Assembly (NCBI GenBank): GCA_016209495.1
Contig: JACQVX010000237.1
Location: 1 to 63,338 of the forward strand
Source: Planctomycetota bacterium
GTDB taxonomy: Bacteria > Planctomycetota > JACQVX01
Length of the DNA stretch: 63,338 bases
Direction of reading: 5' to 3'
The translations under genes were made by a program, and so were the position numbers. Under the pieces are notes generated by a model. That model saw only the letters and a program-made list of their open reading frames with translations. It was not told the origin of the DNA and made no database searches. This document shows, in pieces, positions 60,610-63,338 of this stretch; position 1 is the first letter of the stretch; each line of letters opens with the position of its first letter.

Positions 60610-62949
60610 ATGTTCCAGGCCCCTGACCTGAGCACCCCCACGGCCTCCCCGGGAGGCGCCTGCATCCGCGAGGCGGGGGGGAGTCCCGGCGCGGGGTCGC
60701 GTCGCGTCGAGACGGTACTCCAGGCGGCCTTCTTCGCGAGCGGGACGTCCGCGCTCATCTACCAGTCCATCTGGCAACGGGCCCTGAACACCCATGCCGG
60801 GATGGACCTCTACTCCGTCACGACCGTGATCGCCGCGTTCATGCTGGGCCTGGGGATCGGCAACCTGGCCGGCGGGGCACTCGCAGACCGCATCGGGGCT
60901 CGCCGATCCATCGTGGCCTATGCCCTGGCCGAGTTCCTGATCGGGGTCTTCGGGTGGTTCAGCCTGGATCTCATCTACGAGGGCTATGTCTGGTTCCTGC
61001 CCCTGAGCTCGACCCTGGGCGGCGCGTTCCTGGTCGACCTAGCACTCCTGGCGCTGCCCACCTTCCTCATGGGGACCACCCTCCCCTTGCTGGCGCGGGG
61101 GGTGGTGCGCGCCCTGGCGGAGAGTGGCCCCAGGGTGGGGCGGCTCTACGGCCTGAACACCCTGGGCGCGGCGGTGGGGGCGGGCCTCATGGCCCAGGGC
61201 CTGATCATCGGCACCGTGGGATACCGCGCGGTGGTACACGGTGCGGCCCTCGCCAATATCCTCTCCGGTCTCCTCGTCCTGGGGATGCTGGGGCACCGGA
61301 GGTGGGCGGCAGGCCACGCTGGACGCCCTGAGACGGTGGCCCAAGGGGCGAGGCGCTCGCCGATGGGCTGGATCGTGGCCTACGGCGTCACCGGCTTCCT
61401 GACCCTGGCCCTCGAGGTCTCCTGGTTCCGCCTGCTCAACGTCGTGCTCTACTCCACGACCTTCACCTTCAGTCGCCTGCTCATGCTCTATCTCCTGGGG
61501 CTGGGGGTCGGATCGCTGGTGGGGGCACGGTGGCTGGGAAGGCTGGGTGACCTCCGGAGGGCGTTCCTGTGGTGCCAGCTTTGCACGGGGCTGTTCGCCC
61601 TCCTGGGGCCAGGGCTCATCGTCGCCTGGGCCTCCCTTTCCTCCGGGGGAGTCGCCCACTCCGCCCTCTTCAACCTGGGCGCGCCGCTGGCGGTCATCCC
61701 CATTCCCACCTTCTTCATGGGGGTCAGTTTCACGGTCATCCAGCGCCTCATAGCGAACGATCCTTCCGCGCTGGGCCGGCGCACCGGGGCGTTGCTCTTC
61801 GCCAACACCATGGGGTGCGTCCTGGGGACGCTGGTGACCGGATTCCTGCTCCTGGAGACCTTGGGTAGCGCGGGGACCCTGGGCCTGCTCTCCGCCGCCC
61901 TGGGGGTCTTCGGGCTCGCGGCGGCGCGAGGCGCGGCAGGGAGGTGGAGGGTATCGGCCCTGGCCACGGGGGGCGTGGTGGTGACCGCGGGGGCGGCGCT
62001 GGCCGTCCTGCCCGTGGGGCAGAGCTTCTGGGCCACCCTGCACCAGGGAGGCACGGACCGGATCGTCACCGCCGAGGACGGCACCGGCGTGGCCGTCACC
62101 GACGAGCACCACCGCGGCGAGTTCACCCTCTACATCAACGGGGAGGTGCAGTGCGGCTACCCCTTCAGCGACTTCCACACGAGGCTGGGGGTCCTGCCCG
62201 CCCTGGTGCACCCGGGGCCCTCGGAGGTCCTGGTGGTGGGCCTGGGGATGGGCTCCACGGCCTGGGGGATCTCTCTCGATGCACGGGTCGAGTCCCTCGT
62301 GTGCATCGAGATCTGCGGGGGCGTGGTGGAGCGGGTCCGGGGGCTCGCCCAGCAGGGTGTCCCGGAACTCCGGCGCCTCCTGGGACTGCCGCACCTGGAG
62401 CTCCGCGTCGAGGATGGCCGGCGCTATCTGCTGGAGACGGCGCGGGGCTTCGACGTGGTGATCACCGATGCGGTCATTCCTTGGTACGCCTACAGCGGGA
62501 ATCTCTACTCCCGGGAGTTCTACGCCCTGGTCTGGCGGCGACTCAAGCCCGGGGGCCAGTTCTATCAATGGGTGCCCACCCCCAGGATCGCCAGGACCGT
62601 GGCCGCGGTCTTCCCGTACGTGTGGGTCGTCGAGTCTCCCGTGGCCACGGGGGCAGGCCGGCGCCTGCTGGTGGCGGGCGAGGCCCCCATCCCTTTCGAC
62701 CCGGCGGCCATGGCGGCGCGCCTCCGGCGTTACCTTGCCCCGGGCCTTTCCCCCGAGGCCGCCTCGCGCATCGACGAGTTCATCGCGACGGCGTCCGCCA
62801 TGGACCCCCGGGACAAGGACGGTCCCGGGGCCCTGGACGACCTGAACGAGGACCTCTTCCCCCGCGACGAGATCGAGGCGGCGAGCGAGGTGGAGCGGGG
62901 GTTCCTCGGGCGTCTCCTGGGCCCGATGGCGGGGCGATCCAGGGAGTGA
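60610..62949 (+). CDS. Fused MFS-like membrane domain / spermidine-synthase-like (aminopropyltransferase-fold) protein
   Basis: Real part of ORF 60253..62949. Third-position GC is low before the ATG at 60610 and high after it, although an in-frame ATG at 60505 cannot be excluded. About 12 TM helices (FFASGTSALIYQSIWQRAL...). The C-terminal Rossmann-type domain has VLVVGLGMGSTAWG, VVITDA and YSREFY. Confidence 0.75.
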   Translation: MFQAPDLSTPTASPGGACIREAGGSPGAGSRRVETVLQAAFFASGTSALIYQSIWQRALNTHAGMDLYSVTTVIAAFMLGLGIGNLAGGALADRIGARRSIVAYALAEFLIGVFGWFSLDLIYEGYVWFLPLSSTLGGAFLVDLALLALPTFLMGTTLPLLARGVVRALAESGPRVGRLYGLNTLGAAVGAGLMAQGLIIGTVGYRAVVHGAALANILSGLLVLGMLGHRRWAAGHAGRPETVAQGARRSPMGWIVAYGVTGFLTLALEVSWFRLLNVVLYSTTFTFSRLLMLYLLGLGVGSLVGARWLGRLGDLRRAFLWCQLCTGLFALLGPGLIVAWASLSSGGVAHSALFNLGAPLAVIPIPTFFMGVSFTVIQRLIANDPSALGRRTGALLFANTMGCVLGTLVTGFLLLETLGSAGTLGLLSAALGVFGLAAARGAAGRWRVSALATGGVVVTAGAALAVLPVGQSFWATLHQGGTDRIVTAEDGTGVAVTDEHHRGEFTLYINGEVQCGYPFSDFHTRLGVLPALVHPGPSEVLVVGLGMGSTAWGISLDARVESLVCIEICGGVVERVRGLAQQGVPELRRLLGLPHLELRVEDGRRYLLETARGFDVVITDAVIPWYAYSGNLYSREFYALVWRRLKPGGQFYQWVPTPRIARTVAAVFPYVWVVESPVATGAGRRLLVAGEAPIPFDPAAMAARLRRYLAPGLSPEAASRIDEFIATASAMDPRDKDGPGALDDLNEDLFPRDEIEAASEVERGFLGRLLGPMAGRSRE

Positions 62950-62975
62950 GCTGCGGCTACCACGACAGCGCCATG

Positions 62976-63011
62976 CCCACACGTCCAGGCCAACGGCCGT
63001 GAACGTGTGGG
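62976..63011 (+). terminator. Stem-loop between the spermidine-synthase-like gene and the terminal repeat (possible terminator)
   Basis: CCCACACGT (62976-62984) pairs perfectly with ACGTGTGGG (63003-63011). The 18-nt loop contains its own GGCC-aac-GGCC mini-hairpin. It starts 27 nt after the stop at 62949. No U-tract. Confidence 0.3.
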
Positions 63012-63036
63012 TGTAGGGTGCCCGTGCAGGTGGGGC

Positions 63037-63338
63037 GTGGCCCTCCACGCTCACGCCCACGACCGCGCCCACGCCCACGCTCACGCCCACGGCCACGCCC
63101 ACGGCCACGGCCACGCCCACGCTCACGCCCACGGCCACGCCCACGGCCACGCCCACGCCCACGGCCACGCCCACGGCCACGGCCACGCCCACGGCCACGG
63201 CCACGCCCACGGCCACGCCCACGGCCACGCCCACGGCCACGCCCACGCCCACGGCCACGCCCACGGCCACGCCCACGGCCACGCCCACGGCCACGCCCAC
63301 GGCCACGGCCACGGCCACGGCCACGGCCACGCCCACGC
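63037..63338 (+). CDS. Possible 5'-partial CDS encoding an alternating His-Ala/His-Gly repeat protein
   Basis: A GTG at 63037 preceded by AGGTGGGG opens frame 1, giving [28 protein letters not shown]... with every codon ending in C or T. It is open to the window end. The Thr-Pro-Ala frame has a TAG at 63014-63016 and no start codon after it. The Arg-Pro frame uses CCA codons, which are rare here. The minus-strand Val-Ala/Gly frame has no stop for 2.3 kb and would run antisense through the previous gene. Confidence 0.35.
   Translation, partial: MALHAHAHDRAHAHAHAHGHAHGHGHAHAHAHGHAHGHAHAHGHAHGHGHAHGHGHAHGHAHGHAHGHAHAHGHAHGHAHGHAHGHAHGHGHGHGHGHAH
63046..63338. repeat. Tandem (CAC-GSC)n hexanucleotide-based repeat running off the window
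   Basis: From about 63046 to the last base the sequence is almost entirely alternating CACGCC / CACGGC / CACGCT units (about 48 units), with one interruption (GACCGC at 63061). No unique spacers occur between units. Confidence 0.95.

Noticed and set aside
61039-63336. 765-aa minus-strand ORF beginning with (Gly/Ala-Val)n read from the terminal repeat
   Set aside because: After the repeat it continues for about 2 kb antisense through the well-supported MFS/spermidine-synthase gene without any motif. A real minus-strand gene would need a stop soon after the repeat. A Val-Ala/Gly reading of the repeat itself cannot be fully excluded.
63046-63338. Terminal repeat as a CRISPR array
   Set aside because: The unit length is 6-12 nt with no unique spacers and no cas genes nearby. 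It is a microsatellite-type tandem repeat, not a repeat-spacer array.

Overview
Very GC-rich (judged by eye, not computed) chromosomal segment of a diderm bacterium: KdsB, a GspD secretin and a Wza-type lipoprotein are all present. I recognised no rRNA, tRNA, CRISPR array, transposase or integrase. Most of the long ORFs in the six-frame track are antisense or out-of-frame artefacts of the GC content. I chose frames by recognisable protein motifs, third-position GC and start/stop coupling.

Layout:
1. 1-4033, minus strand: T2SS genes gspD-gspE plus the first 5 codons of a further gene.
2. 4166-9605: six-gene operon of RimK-like ATP-grasp, alpha/beta hydrolase, kdsB, pyrG, DUF1844 and HDOD.
3. 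9660-21028: MerR-led acyl-CoA/lipid oxidation operon. It holds two acyl-CoA ligases, an adjacent ACAD pair, a crotonase, a Zn-ADH, an LLM oxidoreductase, an MBL hydrolase and an alpha/beta hydrolase.
4. 21136-23832: GH15-like lipoprotein.
5. 27928-23855, minus strand: a paralogous ACAD pair, an SDR and an orphan ABC permease.
6. 28046-29659: SRPBCC, tRNA-binding and STAS proteins.
7. 29898-59740: a 25-gene polysaccharide operon with almost no intergenic DNA.
8. 59806-60401: mazEF.
9. 60610-62949: fused MFS/spermidine-synthase-like protein.
10. 63046 to the window end: a (CAC-GSC)n tandem repeat that can encode an alternating His-Ala/Gly protein.

Most interesting observations:
- A GT2 / B12-radical-SAM / GtrB-like GT2 / YfhO module sits inside the Wzy-type EPS operon, which shows no Wzx flippase and no GtrA-like flippase.
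- There are two paralogous adjacent ACAD pairs, and in each pair one member lacks the catalytic glutamate.
- The truncated poly(His-X) repeat lies at the right edge of the window.
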